Part shown: positions 7,325-16,947 of the stretch, one piece after another
Layout of the letters: the number at the start of each line of letters is the position of its first letter
Numbering within the stretch: position 1 is the stretch's first letter
From: Verrucomicrobiota bacterium
GTDB taxonomy: Bacteria > Verrucomicrobiota > Verrucomicrobiia > Limisphaerales > UBA11358
Assembly: GCA_049516255.1 (NCBI GenBank)
Contig: JBEKTH010000014.1
Location: 4,726 to 68,725 of the forward strand
Direction: 5' to 3'
Length of the DNA: 64,000 nucleotides
Notes under the pieces: model-generated
Databases searched by the model: none
The model's input: the letters and a program-made list of their open reading frames with translations, nothing else
Told to the model about the DNA's origin: nothing
Translations under genes and position numbers: made by a program

Positions 7325-8248
7325 GTGAATGGTACTGGCAAAAAGCGGGTGGTGCTCGCGGGCGGCAGCGGCTTTCTGGGCCGGGCGCTCGCCTCGCAAT
7401 TGCTTTTGAAAAATTACGAGGTGGTGGTGCTGACCCGGTCACCGCGCGCGCGCGCCGATGGCGTTGCGGAAGTGGCATGGAACGGCAAATCGCTCGGCGA
7501 CTGGGTGCAGTGCGTGGAGGGCGCACAGGCCATTGTCAATCTGACCGGCCGCAGCGTGAATTGCCGGCACACGCCGGAGAACCTCCGCGAGATCAACGAA
7601 TCGCGCATCAATTCCGTGAACGCCGTGGCTGCGGCGATTCACAACGTGACGCAGCCGCCGCGGGTGTGGGTGCAGGCCGGGTCGCTCGCGTTCTACGGCG
7701 ATTTGGAAGATCAATGGTGCGAGGAAAGCACTCCGTCGGGCCAGGGGACGGCGGTGGCAACCTGCCGGCTTTGGGAAAATGCGTTCAAGATTGTTCCCCT
7801 GTCCTACACCCGGCGGGCGTTGCTGCGAATCGGCCTGGTGCTGGCCCGCGATGCCGGCGCACTTTCCGTTCTGGGGAAACTAACCCGAAGGTTTCTGGGC
7901 GGGGCGGCGGGCAACGGCCGGCAATATATGAGCTGGGTTCATCTGGCGGACATGAATCAAATGTTGATGAACGCCATCGAACGGGACGAAATGATCGGTG
8001 TGTTCAATGCCACGAGTCCCAACCCGGTTACGAACGCGGAATTCATGCGCGAATTGCGCCGGGCGCTGCATCGGCCGTGGTGTCCAGCCGCGCCGGCCTG
8101 GGCGGTGCGGCTCGGCTCGCGCCTGATGGAAACCGAATCGTCGCTGGCACTGACCGGTCGGCGCTGCCGGCCCGCGCGGTTCCTCCGGCTCGGCTTGAAG
8201 TTCCAATTTCCCGAATTGCGCGGCGCGCTGGAGAACATTTACGGGTAA
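7325..8248 (+). CDS. TIGR01777-family NAD-dependent epimerase/dehydratase (DUF1731 C-terminus)
   Basis: KRVVLAGGSGFLGRALASQLLLKNYEVVVLTRSP is a Rossmann GxxGxxG motif. I chose the GTG at 7325, preceded by gaggaaacgaaa. The ORF-track start at 7220 runs through a REP element. Confidence 0.75.
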   Translation: MNGTGKKRVVLAGGSGFLGRALASQLLLKNYEVVVLTRSPRARADGVAEVAWNGKSLGDWVQCVEGAQAIVNLTGRSVNCRHTPENLREINESRINSVNAVAAAIHNVTQPPRVWVQAGSLAFYGDLEDQWCEESTPSGQGTAVATCRLWENAFKIVPLSYTRRALLRIGLVLARDAGALSVLGKLTRRFLGGAAGNGRQYMSWVHLADMNQMLMNAIERDEMIGVFNATSPNPVTNAEFMRELRRALHRPWCPAAPAWAVRLGSRLMETESSLALTGRRCRPARFLRLGLKFQFPELRGALENIYG

Positions 8249-8255
8249 GGGAGGG

Positions 8256-8670
8256 GAACATCGAACATTCAACATCGAACGTGCTTTGTAGAAACCATCG
8301 TCCGACACTGCAACGGTCGTTTCCCTCGCCCCGCAGCGAAGCACGGGGAGAGGATGTCGCGCAGCGACCGGGGAGGGGATTTCAACGCCACCTCGCCCCG
8401 GCCCTCTCCCCCAACTGCGTTGGCGGAGAAGGAGTTCAAATGGGGCGTCCTCCTCTGTTTCGATGTTTTCTACAAAGTACGTTCAACATTCAACATTCAA
8501 CTTCGAAGTTCAGCGTTCAATGTTGGACGTTCCAGAGTGGTTCCAGAGTGGTTTAGGAAAAACTGCAGCCATTTCAAGGGTAGGGCGTTGCTGCCGCAAC
8601 GCCGGCGGCGCAGCCCGTCCTCCGTAGTCCCGCAATGCGGGACGGAGGGTGGACAGCGCCGCCCTACCAA
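8256..8670. repeat. Composite nested palindromic repeat region (no coding potential)
   Basis: TTCAAC repeats at 8256-8283 and 8480-8535. They flank the inverted pair gctttgtagaaaccatcg / cgatgttttctacaaagt, which in turn flanks ccctcgccccgcagcgaagcacggggagagg and gccctctcccccaactgcgttggcggagaagg. Tandem ttccagagtgg x2 at 8531-8552. A long palindrome ggtagggcg...gtcccgcaatgcgggac...cgccctacc at about 8575-8670. Confidence 0.8.
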
Positions 8671-8814
8671 GGATTGGGTATACACGGCCACAGTTTTACT
8701 TGAACCGCCATAGGTTTCGATGTTTTGTCGGGAACCGCGCGGGTTGGGAGCAGGGATGAATCCGTAAGTGGTAAAACACCCTGAGACTCGTTACGTCGGC
8801 CCCTACCCGTGGAG

Positions 8815-11652
8815 TCAGGCCAGTGATTCGGCGAGGACCTCGGCCATGTGCCGCAGCCGGACGGTCGCCAGATGTTGAATTTGCAGGCGGCAACTGGCGC
8901 CGGAGGCCACGACGGTGGTGCCGAACGGCTGGTTCCTGACTTTTTGAATGAGCGGTTCCGCGACCTTCAGCGACAGTTCGTATTTTGATTCGAGCATCCC
9001 GAACGCGCCGGCCATGCCGCAGCAGCCCGTGTCCAGCAGCGTCACCGTTTTTTCCTGCAGCCGCTCGGCCAACTGGCGCATGAGGTTGGTATTGGTCAGC
9101 GCCTTGGCATGGCAATGCGGATGAATGATTAATCGCCCGGCCCGATTGTTGAATTTGAGTCCGTCGGGTTCCCAGCTCAGGAAATTTTCGATGAAATCCT
9201 CAAACAGGAAGCAGCGCCGCGCGACGTCTTCCACGTCGGGCAGTTTCAACTCCCGGTAATCCTCCACGAACATTGAGAAGCAGGAAGGTTCGAGAAAAAT
9301 AATGGGTGCGCCATCGGTATCGGCATTCAGCAACGCGAGATTGTGCCCGCCGAGCCGTGCGGCTTCGTCGAGGTTGCCCTGGCTGAAGGCGGGCCGTCCG
9401 CAACATTCGCGCTGGGCCACGGTGGTGACGTCGAAACCCGCGGCTTCGAGCACGGTCATCGCCGCCATGCCCACGTGCGGTTCGTAGTAGCGCGTAAAGG
9501 TGTCGTCCCAAAGAACGACCCGGCCGCGGGTCGCGGGCGCCGCCGGCTGATGTTTTGAGAACCAATGATCGAATCGTATGTTTGCAAACCGCGGCATCGG
9601 CCGCTTCGTGGTGATGCCCAGGAGCCGGTTCCGGATCAGCCGCGCCGGAAAGAATTCCTGGAGCGCATTGGCCAGCCGCGGCAGCTTGCAACCCCAGCGG
9701 CCCAACTGGTCCACCGAACTGAACAGCCGTTCGCGCAGGTTCAAGCCGTCGCGGTGGATGCGCGCGTGGAGCAACTCCGCCTTTAACAGGGCCAGGTTGA
9801 CATTGGACGGGCATTCCGTGGTGCAGGCTTTGCAGGACAGGCAGTTGCCCAGGGCCGTCTCGAGTTCCCGCGAGTGCAGCGGGTCGCCCTTGATTTCGCG
9901 CAATTCCAGGGCCGCGCGGATGGCGTTGGCGCGGCCGCGGGTGGACATGATTTCCTCGCCGGTGGCGATGAACGTGGGGCACATCGTCGGCGTCTGTTTC
10001 AAGCAGCCGCCGCAACCGTTGCACTGTTCCAGGTTGGCGGTGAACGAGTTGTCCTTCGCGGCAAACGCCAGCCGCGGCTCAAAGGGCAGGTTCAACGCAT
10101 AACCGGCGCCCAGGCGCAGATGCCGGTCAATCTGGTAACGGCCGTCGGAAATGATTTTGCCCGGGTTGAACAAATTATTCGGGTCAAAGGACTGCTTGAT
10201 TTCGCGCATGAGCTGGTACAGCTCGTCGCCGACCTGGTCCTTCAGGTATTCGGTGCGGGCGATGCCGACGCCATGTTCGCCCGCCAATGTGCCCTTGAAT
10301 TGCCTGATCAGCGCCGCCACTTCGTCGGCGATCTGGCGGTATTTCTTCAGATCGTCCGCGCTGTGCAAATCGAGCACCGGCCGCAAATGCAGCAAACCCG
10401 CCGCCGCGTGGCCGTAGTAGGAAGCCTGCACGCCGGCCCGGGCCATCAACCGCTGCAGGCCGTTGAAGTACGCCGGCAAATCCCGCGGCCGCACCGCCGT
10501 GTCTTCCACAAAACAGGCGGGTTTGGCGGCGCCTTTGCACCCGGTCAGCAACGCCAGCCCCGCCTTGCGCATCGCCCACACCAGCCCGGCTTCGGCCGGC
10601 GTCCGCAAAATCAAGTGGCGCAGACCCAGTTTGCGTTTCTGCAGATACGCGAGCCGGTCCTGGACGTCCGTGAAAAATTCGACCATCAAAATGGCCTCAC
10701 AGGGTTTGGTATCGAGTTCGAGCAGATCGCGCGCGGCCTGGAACTCGCGCTGGCCGCGGGTTTGCTCGAACAGGAGGCTGTCCATGTGTTCAATCGCCGC
10801 CGGCATCAAATCGAGCAGTTCCGTCGTGGCCTGCATCGCCTCGGTCACGGACCCGAAAAACAGCAGGCCGACGCCACGCTCGGCCGGGAGGGGGACAATT
10901 CTTAATTCGGCGGAGAGAATCGCTGCGAGCGTGCCCTCGCTGCCGGAGAGAATCGGGAGCAGATTGCCGGGTTCGTTGGCCGCGCGCGCCAGCGCGTAGC
11001 CGGGCCAGCGTTTCAACAGGCCTGGGGAAAAGCGTTCGGCGATTTGCAGCGCGTTGAGCGCCAGCAGGTCTTCAACCAGGTTTTTTTGGCGTGGCAGGCT
11101 GTCCTGGCCGGGCCCGACCCGGGATATTTCTCCGTCGGGCAGCACGATGTTCAACTCATTGACATGCATGCCGGTCGTGCCATAAAACGGCGCGTACGCC
11201 CCCGACGAATCGCTGGCAATCATGCCGCCCAGCGTCGCCCGCGAGCTGGTGGCCACGTCCGGACCGAAGCAAAATCCCTGCGGCCGCAGGAAATCGTTCA
11301 ACTGATCCAGCACCACGCCGGCGCCGACGTGGACGGTTCGGCGTTCGGGGTCAAAATTGGTGATGAGCCGGTTGTGCCGGGCGAAATCAATGACCAGGCC
11401 GTCGCCGATCGCACCGCCGGCAAGTCCCGTGCCGGCGCCCCGGGGAATGACCGACACGCCCGCCAGCGCCGCCGCCTGGATGATGGAACCGGCCTGGGCC
11501 GCGCCCTTGGGAAAGGCCACCGCCAGTGGCACAATCTGGTAGGGCGAGGCGTCGGTGGCATAGAGCTGCCGCGTGAGATTGTCGAAGGCGACCTCGCAAT
11601 TTGCCGCGTTCAACGTGGCCATTTGCTGGGCGGGCATCATAGTACGGCCCAC
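8815..11652 (-). CDS. FAD-binding (GlcD-like) and Fe-S/CCG-domain (GlcF-like) fusion oxidoreductase
   Basis: 945 aa. N-terminal FAD-PCMH domain (VIPRGAGTGLAGGAIG), two ferredoxin-type Cys clusters (CNGCGGCLKQTPTMCP, CLSCKACTTECP) and C-terminal cysteine-rich CCG repeats (LLDTGCCGMAG). Confidence 0.88.
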   Translation of the reverse strand: MGRTMMPAQQMATLNAANCEVAFDNLTRQLYATDASPYQIVPLAVAFPKGAAQAGSIIQAAALAGVSVIPRGAGTGLAGGAIGDGLVIDFARHNRLITNFDPERRTVHVGAGVVLDQLNDFLRPQGFCFGPDVATSSRATLGGMIASDSSGAYAPFYGTTGMHVNELNIVLPDGEISRVGPGQDSLPRQKNLVEDLLALNALQIAERFSPGLLKRWPGYALARAANEPGNLLPILSGSEGTLAAILSAELRIVPLPAERGVGLLFFGSVTEAMQATTELLDLMPAAIEHMDSLLFEQTRGQREFQAARDLLELDTKPCEAILMVEFFTDVQDRLAYLQKRKLGLRHLILRTPAEAGLVWAMRKAGLALLTGCKGAAKPACFVEDTAVRPRDLPAYFNGLQRLMARAGVQASYYGHAAAGLLHLRPVLDLHSADDLKKYRQIADEVAALIRQFKGTLAGEHGVGIARTEYLKDQVGDELYQLMREIKQSFDPNNLFNPGKIISDGRYQIDRHLRLGAGYALNLPFEPRLAFAAKDNSFTANLEQCNGCGGCLKQTPTMCPTFIATGEEIMSTRGRANAIRAALELREIKGDPLHSRELETALGNCLSCKACTTECPSNVNLALLKAELLHARIHRDGLNLRERLFSSVDQLGRWGCKLPRLANALQEFFPARLIRNRLLGITTKRPMPRFANIRFDHWFSKHQPAAPATRGRVVLWDDTFTRYYEPHVGMAAMTVLEAAGFDVTTVAQRECCGRPAFSQGNLDEAARLGGHNLALLNADTDGAPIIFLEPSCFSMFVEDYRELKLPDVEDVARRCFLFEDFIENFLSWEPDGLKFNNRAGRLIIHPHCHAKALTNTNLMRQLAERLQEKTVTLLDTGCCGMAGAFGMLESKYELSLKVAEPLIQKVRNQPFGTTVVASGASCRLQIQHLATVRLRHMAEVLAESLA

Positions 11653-11873
11653 AACCTATCGGCGCGACCGCCCGTTGACAATTTCATTAACTCAGCGCTA
11701 CCGGCCAACCGGCGATTGTTTGGAGGGTTCGAAACCGTCGAGCTGCGGATGAAATTGGACCGGGTCCATCCGCCGGTTGTGGGTTGGCGGTCATGCGCGG
11801 CGGCACAATTGTTTGAATGAGGAAGCGGAAAAAATGGACGGGGGAGTTCAAATGACGGCCACGCCGGGCGCCA

Positions 11874-12086
11874 TTATCCCAACCGCCAGACGATGCGCGC
11901 CTTGTTCAAATCGTATTGCGACATTTCCATTTTCACACGGTCGCCGATGGTGAGGCGGACAAAGCGCTTCCGCATCTTGCCGGAAATGGTTGCCAGCACC
12001 TGATGCTTGTTGTCCAGTTCAACGCGGAACATCGTCCCGGCCAGAACCGAGGTGATGCGTCCTTCAACTTCTATGTGTTCTTCCAT
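11874..12086 (-). CDS. infA: Translation initiation factor IF-1
   Basis: 70 aa. [22 protein letters not shown]...[35 protein letters not shown] is the canonical S1-like IF-1 sequence. Confidence 0.95.
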   Translation of the reverse strand: MEEHIEVEGRITSVLAGTMFRVELDNKHQVLATISGKMRKRFVRLTIGDRVKMEMSQYDLNKARIVWRLG

Positions 12087-12115
12087 GAAAAACGGATTAA
12101 AGGCTGGAATGACAC

Positions 12116-12144
12116 GGGGCGACGCTCAATTCGAACGTCGCCCC
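12116..12144 (-). terminator. GC-rich hairpin between the RRM gene and infA (possible terminator/attenuator, no U-tract)
   Basis: ggggcgacg (12116-12124) pairs with cgtcgcccc (12136-12144). The stem is 9 bp and the loop 11 nt. Confidence 0.3.
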
Positions 12145-12165
12145 GGCCGGACAATCTATCTGTGA

Positions 12166-12495
12166 TTAATAACGTTCCCGATGGCCACCACCGCCGCCAC
12201 CACCACGAAATTCACGGCGCGGGCCGCGGTCGCCGCGCGGGCGTTCCTCTTTCGGGCGCGCAATGTTCACGGTGAGGGTTCGGTCGGCCAGCGTCGCGCC
12301 ATTCATGGCGGCGATCGCCTTCTGTGCTTCCTCGGGTGTGGACATGGTGACAAAGGCAAAGCCGCGGGAGCGGCCGCTCATCCGGTCCATCATCAGGTTG
12401 GCTTCGACGACCGTGCCGTGGGCGGCGAACGCCTCTTGCAGGTCATTTTCTGTCGTGTTGAAGGAAAGATTTCCTACAAACAATTTCGTACTCAT
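12166..12495 (-). CDS. RRM-type RNA-binding protein with Gly/Arg-rich tail
   Basis: KLFVGNLSF (RNP-2) and RSRGFAFVTM (RNP-1), with a C-terminal RGDRGPRREFRGGGGGGGHR tail. Confidence 0.9.
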   Translation of the reverse strand: MSTKLFVGNLSFNTTENDLQEAFAAHGTVVEANLMMDRMSGRSRGFAFVTMSTPEEAQKAIAAMNGATLADRTLTVNIARPKEERPRGDRGPRREFRGGGGGGGHRERY

Positions 12496-12646
12496 TTGAT
12501 GATTTACTGTTCAATTATCTGCTTTTCTCGGACTGTTCCCGACTGCCGGGTTTCAAATCATCACTGAACCAGGTTCACTTGAAGATTTACCATGACCGTA
12601 AAGAGACAAGTTATGTTAACTACAGACAGGGAAATCATAACCAATT

Positions 12647-12747
12647 CCGGGCCTGTTGCAAGCTAAATGTGGAACGTTGGAAATGGGGACTTCCAATCGG
12701 AATCCATTTAAAATCAAGCACTTTTGCGTCCGGGAGAACAGGCCCGG
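12647..12747. other. Long imperfect hairpin in an AT-rich spacer (candidate structured RNA or MITE)
   Basis: The outer stem ccgggcctgtt (12647-12657) / aacaggcccgg (12737-12747) is a perfect 11 bp. The inner stem is ttggaa (12677-12682) / ttccaa (12691-12696), and aaatg.gga / tccattt lies in between. Confidence 0.35.
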
Positions 12748-12782
12748 GGAACGAGTTTGCCGGGTCGTTTCGGGGAGAGGCA

Positions 12783-12805
12783 GGACTTTTCCGCCGGAAA
12801 AGTCC
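12783..12805. repeat. Perfect 23-nt palindrome
   Basis: ggacttttccg c cggaaaagtcc, lying 18 nt downstream of the stop of the small ORF at 12823. Confidence 0.7.
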
Positions 12806-12822
12806 GCCGTAAAAATGCCGCA

Positions 12823-13014
12823 CTAATGAAGCGACGGCGACAGAAACAAAAAAATTGCCAGCAGCACGGCGGAACAAACAACCAGCCCCAGCAATATCAT
12901 GGTAATGATATTTTCGACCTGATTTCTGTCTCTCGGTACCATAATCGGTTCTTGCCACGTTCCTAGCACAAGTTCCCGGCGCATAAAGGATAAAAGGGAA
13001 AGATTTATTAACAA
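12823..13014 (-). CDS. Hypothetical small protein with C-terminal TM helix
   Basis: 63-aa ORF in AT-rich DNA with one hydrophobic segment, IITMILLGLVVCSAVLLAIFLFL. I recognise no family, so coding status is uncertain. Confidence 0.3.
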   Translation of the reverse strand: MLINLSLLSFMRRELVLGTWQEPIMVPRDRNQVENIITMILLGLVVCSAVLLAIFLFLSPSLH

Positions 13015-13033
13015 CTTATTCGCCGCGCCCGGA

Positions 13034-14827
13034 TTACGCCAAATGCCGGGCCTGGCGTTTGGGCAGGGCGGTTTTGGTTTTGGGGAGCGGAATCACGGTT
13101 TCGTCCGCCGTCAGAAAATTCTTCAGGAAACCCGGTTGGTCGTGGCGACCGGCGCGCCGGTAATCGTGCCAGAGTGCTCTGGCGGTCTGGCGGGCGTCGA
13201 GCCGGAGTTCGCCGGTGAGAAATTCAAAGAGCCATTCCATCAGTCGCACCAGCGCAATGCCGTCCGTGCGACCGGTGCGGGCATAAAGCCATTCGCTGAA
13301 ACGGAGGAAGGCGTGGAAGGGGGAACGGTTTGTGATTTCATCTGCAATTGGCGACTGCGAAACCACGCACCGCCTCTCCCCGCCCATGTCCTCCGTTGGC
13401 AACGGAGGAGAGGGTGGCCGGAGTCCCGGAGAGGAGGCGTTCCAGATCAATGGGGTGGTCTCAATGAAGTTCCCGCTGTTGCCGACCAAATCCCAGTAGC
13501 GCGCAAAACGCCGCAATTGTTGCATCGTGGCAAAATCCAGCAGCTTGTTTTGGAGGATTTCGTAGGGCGGATGCGGGTGGTAAAGCATCTGCCAATCGGC
13601 GTCGTGCCGGATGATCGGGGTGCCGCGCAGTCGTTTCAAGATGCCCACCTGGATTTCCTGCGGCCCCAGCGCGACCAGGCGGTCGAAGCCGGCGGCAAAG
13701 CTGTCCAGCGTTTCACCGGGCAGCCCGACAATCAAATCGGCATGGATGTGAACGCCGGTTTTGCGGCGCAGGAAATTAAAATTGTCGGCGAGCTTTTCGT
13801 GATTCTGCCGGCGGCTGATTCGTTGGCTGACAGCTTCGTTGAAGGTCTGGATGCCGACCTCGAATTGCAGCGCGCCGGGCGGGAAGCGGGCAATGATTTC
13901 GCGCAACGATTCGGGCAGCCGGTCGGGAATCATTTCAAAGTGGAAGAAATGGCCCGGCTGATAATGCGCGAGGAAAAATTCGAGGATAGTCCGGCTGACC
14001 TGGACGTTGAGATTGAACGTGCGGTCAACAAACTTGAATTGCTTTACACCGCGGTCGAGCAGGCGCTGCAATTGTTCGAGCAGGGCGGGCAGGGGAACCT
14101 GCCGGACGGGAATGTCCAGTGATGACAGGCAGAACTCGCACGTGAACGGACAGCCGCGTGAGGCCTCGACGTAAATGACGCGGTGCGCGATGTCGTCGTC
14201 GGTGTAAAGGTCGTACGGCAGGGTGAGCTGCGAGAATTCCGGCAGCTCGGCGGGAATGATTTTGGGAAGTCGCACCGCCTCCCCCGTCCTTCGGACACCC
14301 TCTCCCCCGTGGCCAACGGGGGAGAGGGACGGGGCGAGGGGGCACCGAGCTTCCGTTTGTTCTTCGGTGCCTTTTGAATTAGTTTGGCCCAACAACACCC
14401 GGCACACCTCCGCGAATTTCAGGTCCGCTTCACCGGTGATGACATGGTCGGCCAGTTGGACAATGGCCTGGTTTTCGGTTTCGTAGCTGACTTCCGGTCC
14501 GCCGAGGATGATTTTGATGGCCGGTCGGATGCGCCTGAGGGTGGCGATGACTTCGGCGGTGGGCTCGACGTTCCAGATGTAAATGCCGAAGCCGATGACT
14601 TTGGGGTTTTGCGCGAGCAACTTCTCCGCGACGTCGAGCGGGCGCTGGTTGATGTCGAACTCGGCGAGGCAGGCGCGTTCGCGCAATTCGCCGAGGTTGG
14701 CCAGCAGATAACGCAGGCCGAACGCGGCGTGGATGTACTTCGCGTTGAGTGTGGTTAAAACGATGTCCGCCACGTTCAACAGTTTAGCCATGAGCAACGG
14801 TAACGTCGAGCCTCCGGCTTTATCCAA
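13034..14827 (-). CDS. B12-binding radical SAM protein with DUF4080 C-terminal domain
   Basis: N-terminal B12-binding fold ([12 protein letters not shown]...[10 protein letters not shown]) and the radical SAM cluster motif [14 protein letters not shown]. The ATG at 14791 (MAKLLNV) is the more likely start. The gene contains two REP insertions. Confidence 0.85.
   Translation of the reverse strand: MDKAGGSTLPLLMAKLLNVADIVLTTLNAKYIHAAFGLRYLLANLGELRERACLAEFDINQRPLDVAEKLLAQNPKVIGFGIYIWNVEPTAEVIATLRRIRPAIKIILGGPEVSYETENQAIVQLADHVITGEADLKFAEVCRVLLGQTNSKGTEEQTEARCPLAPSLSPVGHGGEGVRRTGEAVRLPKIIPAELPEFSQLTLPYDLYTDDDIAHRVIYVEASRGCPFTCEFCLSSLDIPVRQVPLPALLEQLQRLLDRGVKQFKFVDRTFNLNVQVSRTILEFFLAHYQPGHFFHFEMIPDRLPESLREIIARFPPGALQFEVGIQTFNEAVSQRISRRQNHEKLADNFNFLRRKTGVHIHADLIVGLPGETLDSFAAGFDRLVALGPQEIQVGILKRLRGTPIIRHDADWQMLYHPHPPYEILQNKLLDFATMQQLRRFARYWDLVGNSGNFIETTPLIWNASSPGLRPPSPPLPTEDMGGERRCVVSQSPIADEITNRSPFHAFLRFSEWLYARTGRTDGIALVRLMEWLFEFLTGELRLDARQTARALWHDYRRAGRHDQPGFLKNFLTADETVIPLPKTKTALPKRQARHLA
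13372..13418. repeat. Intragenic C-rich/G-rich palindromic REP (in-frame in the radical SAM gene)
   Basis: gcctctccccgcccatgtcctccgttggcaacggaggagagggtgg. It encodes [16 protein letters not shown]. Confidence 0.7.
14275..14343. repeat. Intragenic nested palindromic REP (in-frame in the radical SAM gene)
   Basis: cgcctcccccgtcc...ccctctcccccgtggccaacgggggagaggg...ggacggggcgaggggg. It encodes [21 protein letters not shown]. Confidence 0.75.
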
Positions 14828-15832
14828 TCAGGGTGCGGTGAAGGTCTGAAAAATGTTGGCGAAGGCCCAGGGCTTGGACGAATTCGGGGCGGCGATGGCG
14901 TCGGTGCCGGCGTTTCCTTTGTTGGGGGGGCGGGCGGCGTCATCGTTGATGGACCAGTAGTGCAGCGAGCAGATCCAGGGGGTTTTGTCGGCGAAGGCCT
15001 TGAGAATTCTGGCGTCGTCCAGGGTAAAGACCTCATCCTCGGAGCCGTTTCTGCCGAGACAGGGGCAGAGTCCGACCCGGATGGCAGGATCAATCTTTTG
15101 GAGTTGGGCGTGGGCGGCGTAGGCGGAATCAACACCCAGCCGGCCTTCGGATTTTCCGCGGTTGATGAACTCCTTTCCAAAAAACATGACCATGAGGTTG
15201 GCGGAATGGACTTTGAGGCCTTTTGCTTTGGCATCGGCGAGGAGTGCCTGTGAGGCTTCGGAAATGCCGCGGGGATCAACCGGCAAGGTGTAGGAGACAA
15301 TCAGTCCGGGGTTTTTCTTTTGCAGGCCGGCCAGGGCGGTGTTGCGGCGTTCGCTGTCCAGTTTGCCCTTGTCGAGATTGTTGCCTTCAATGTCGAAATC
15401 GAGCCAGGTGAATTTGTATTGGTCCACGACCTTCTGGTAGGCGGCTTCAAGCTGTGCCGGGTCGTGAATGACATTGGCGAGTTCCTTCCCGGCCTCGCCG
15501 CCGAAGGACATGATGACATCGCCGCCGCGCTTGCGGATGGCATCAATCTGGTCATGGTAAAAGTTCTGATCGATGGAAATCCGGCCGTCCCACGACGGTT
15601 CCTGGTGGTAAACGGTGTTGGTCCGGTTGCCTTCCTGGCGGGCAATGATGAAGGCGAGCGTGTAATACTTGAGGCCGCACTGATCGTCGCAATCGGTCAG
15701 TTTGAAATGATCGCCGGCGCCAACATACATATAGGGCGCAAAAATCCGATCCGGCCAGCCGGCGCGAACGTTGTGGGTGTTGGCCATCAATGACACGGCG
15801 AAGGCGGCGAGGCAAATGAACTGATTGCGCAT
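14828..15832 (-). CDS. Glycoside hydrolase family 18 (chitinase-like), secreted
   Basis: Signal peptide MRNQFICLAAFAVSLMA. GLKYYTLAFI, GGDVIMSFGGEAG and the catalytic-type motif FTWLDFDIEGN (DxDxE). The start is set at the ATG at 15832. Confidence 0.85.
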   Translation of the reverse strand: MRNQFICLAAFAVSLMANTHNVRAGWPDRIFAPYMYVGAGDHFKLTDCDDQCGLKYYTLAFIIARQEGNRTNTVYHQEPSWDGRISIDQNFYHDQIDAIRKRGGDVIMSFGGEAGKELANVIHDPAQLEAAYQKVVDQYKFTWLDFDIEGNNLDKGKLDSERRNTALAGLQKKNPGLIVSYTLPVDPRGISEASQALLADAKAKGLKVHSANLMVMFFGKEFINRGKSEGRLGVDSAYAAHAQLQKIDPAIRVGLCPCLGRNGSEDEVFTLDDARILKAFADKTPWICSLHYWSINDDAARPPNKGNAGTDAIAAPNSSKPWAFANIFQTFTAP

Positions 15833-15933
15833 GATGGTTGGCCGCAAAAGGCGCCAGCGAGGGTATCGGCGCTTTTGAGCGCGGTCAATTTTCATTCGAC
15901 CCGGCGGGTTCCCGTTGCTAGCCTGCACTCGTT

Positions 15934-16494
15934 ATGAAACCCGACGATATTCTGTTGGAGGCGGAAGAGAAGATGATCAAGACCGAACAGGTGGTCATCA
16001 ACGAATTCGCCGGCGTGCGCACGGGCAAGGCCTCGGCTTCGCTGGTCGAGAACGTTCTGGTCGAAGTCTATGGCTCGCAAATGCGCATCCGGGAATTGGC
16101 AGGCATCACCACGCCGGAACCGCGCATGTTGGTGGTCCAACCGTGGGATGTGAACTCGTTGCATCCGATTGAGAAGGCGATTCAGAAGGCGAATCTGGGC
16201 CTGAACCCGACGATCCAGGGCAAAATCATCCGGCTGGCGTTCCCGGAATTGAGCCAGGAACGGCGGCAGGAGTTCGTCAAACTCATCAAAAAAATGGCCG
16301 AGGACGGGCGCGTGGCCATCCGGCACGTGCGCCGCGATGCGATGGAGCTGTTGAAGAAACACGGGCACGACCGCGGCATCACCGAGGACCAGGCCAAGCA
16401 GGCGGAGAAGGATTTGCAGAAGCTAACGGATCAATACAGCGGCAAGATCGACACGCAGGTCGCAAACAAGGAAAAGGAAATCATGACCGTCTGA
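15934..16494 (+). CDS. frr: Ribosome recycling factor
   Basis: 186 aa with FAGVRTGKASASLVENVLVEVYGSQM...LVVQPWD...IEKAIQKANLGLNP...RHVRRDAM, a full-length RRF pattern. Confidence 0.95.
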   Translation: MKPDDILLEAEEKMIKTEQVVINEFAGVRTGKASASLVENVLVEVYGSQMRIRELAGITTPEPRMLVVQPWDVNSLHPIEKAIQKANLGLNPTIQGKIIRLAFPELSQERRQEFVKLIKKMAEDGRVAIRHVRRDAMELLKKHGHDRGITEDQAKQAEKDLQKLTDQYSGKIDTQVANKEKEIMTV

Positions 16495-16497
16495 ACC

Positions 16498-16585
16498 GAT
16501 TTACGATTGATGATTTACGATTGTTATTTGAAAGCGAGGGCCACGCCGCTTCTTAAATCATCAATCGGAGATCATAAATCATAAA
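16498..16585. repeat. ATTTACGATT/ATCATAAAT inverted-repeat REP (stem-loop after frr)
   Basis: The left arm gatttacgattgatgatttacgatt and right arm aatcatcaatcggagatcataaatcataaat are inverted. Same family as 45312-45422. Confidence 0.8.
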
Positions 16586-16879
16586 TTACGGCGCGGTCGG
16601 GCTGTTGGTGGCGGGGACAAAATGGATGATGGTTTCGCCGGGTTTGGCGTAACCGAGTTTTTCGCGGGCCATGCGTTCAATGGCGCCGGGATCGTTCCGC
16701 AGTTCGTCAATCTGGGCCTGAAGGTTCCGGGATTTGGCTTCCTCGATCTGCAGCTGGGTTTGCAGACGCAGGATGTCCGAGCGCATCCGCTCGTTTTGCT
16801 GGAGGAGCGGCAGATAGTACATGCCAATCAGGGAAGCAAACGCCACGACGAGCAAGGCCACGGCCACTTTCGTCAACAT
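16586..16879 (-). CDS. ftsB: Septum formation initiator family protein (FtsB/DivIC-like)
   Basis: One TM helix (MLTKVAVALLVVAFASLIGMYYL), then a coiled coil and the RMAREKLGYAKPGE motif. A GTG at 16906 is an alternative start. Confidence 0.8.
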   Translation of the reverse strand: MLTKVAVALLVVAFASLIGMYYLPLLQQNERMRSDILRLQTQLQIEEAKSRNLQAQIDELRNDPGAIERMAREKLGYAKPGETIIHFVPATNSPTAP

Positions 16880-16947
16880 GCTCCAAATGCCGAGGTTTAC
16901 GTTCACCGGGCGAGTAAAGCACGAGCGTCACGCCCGCGGAAGCAGAT

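Noticed and set aside
9874-11820. ORFs 9874..10905 (+) and 11044..11820 (+). Similar cases are 18072..19379 (-), 38335..39363 (-), 3602..4636 (+) and 2534..3586 (+).
   Set aside because: All are antisense to strongly supported genes (the GlcD/GlcF-type oxidoreductase, mnmE, ppdK, parB and the kinase).
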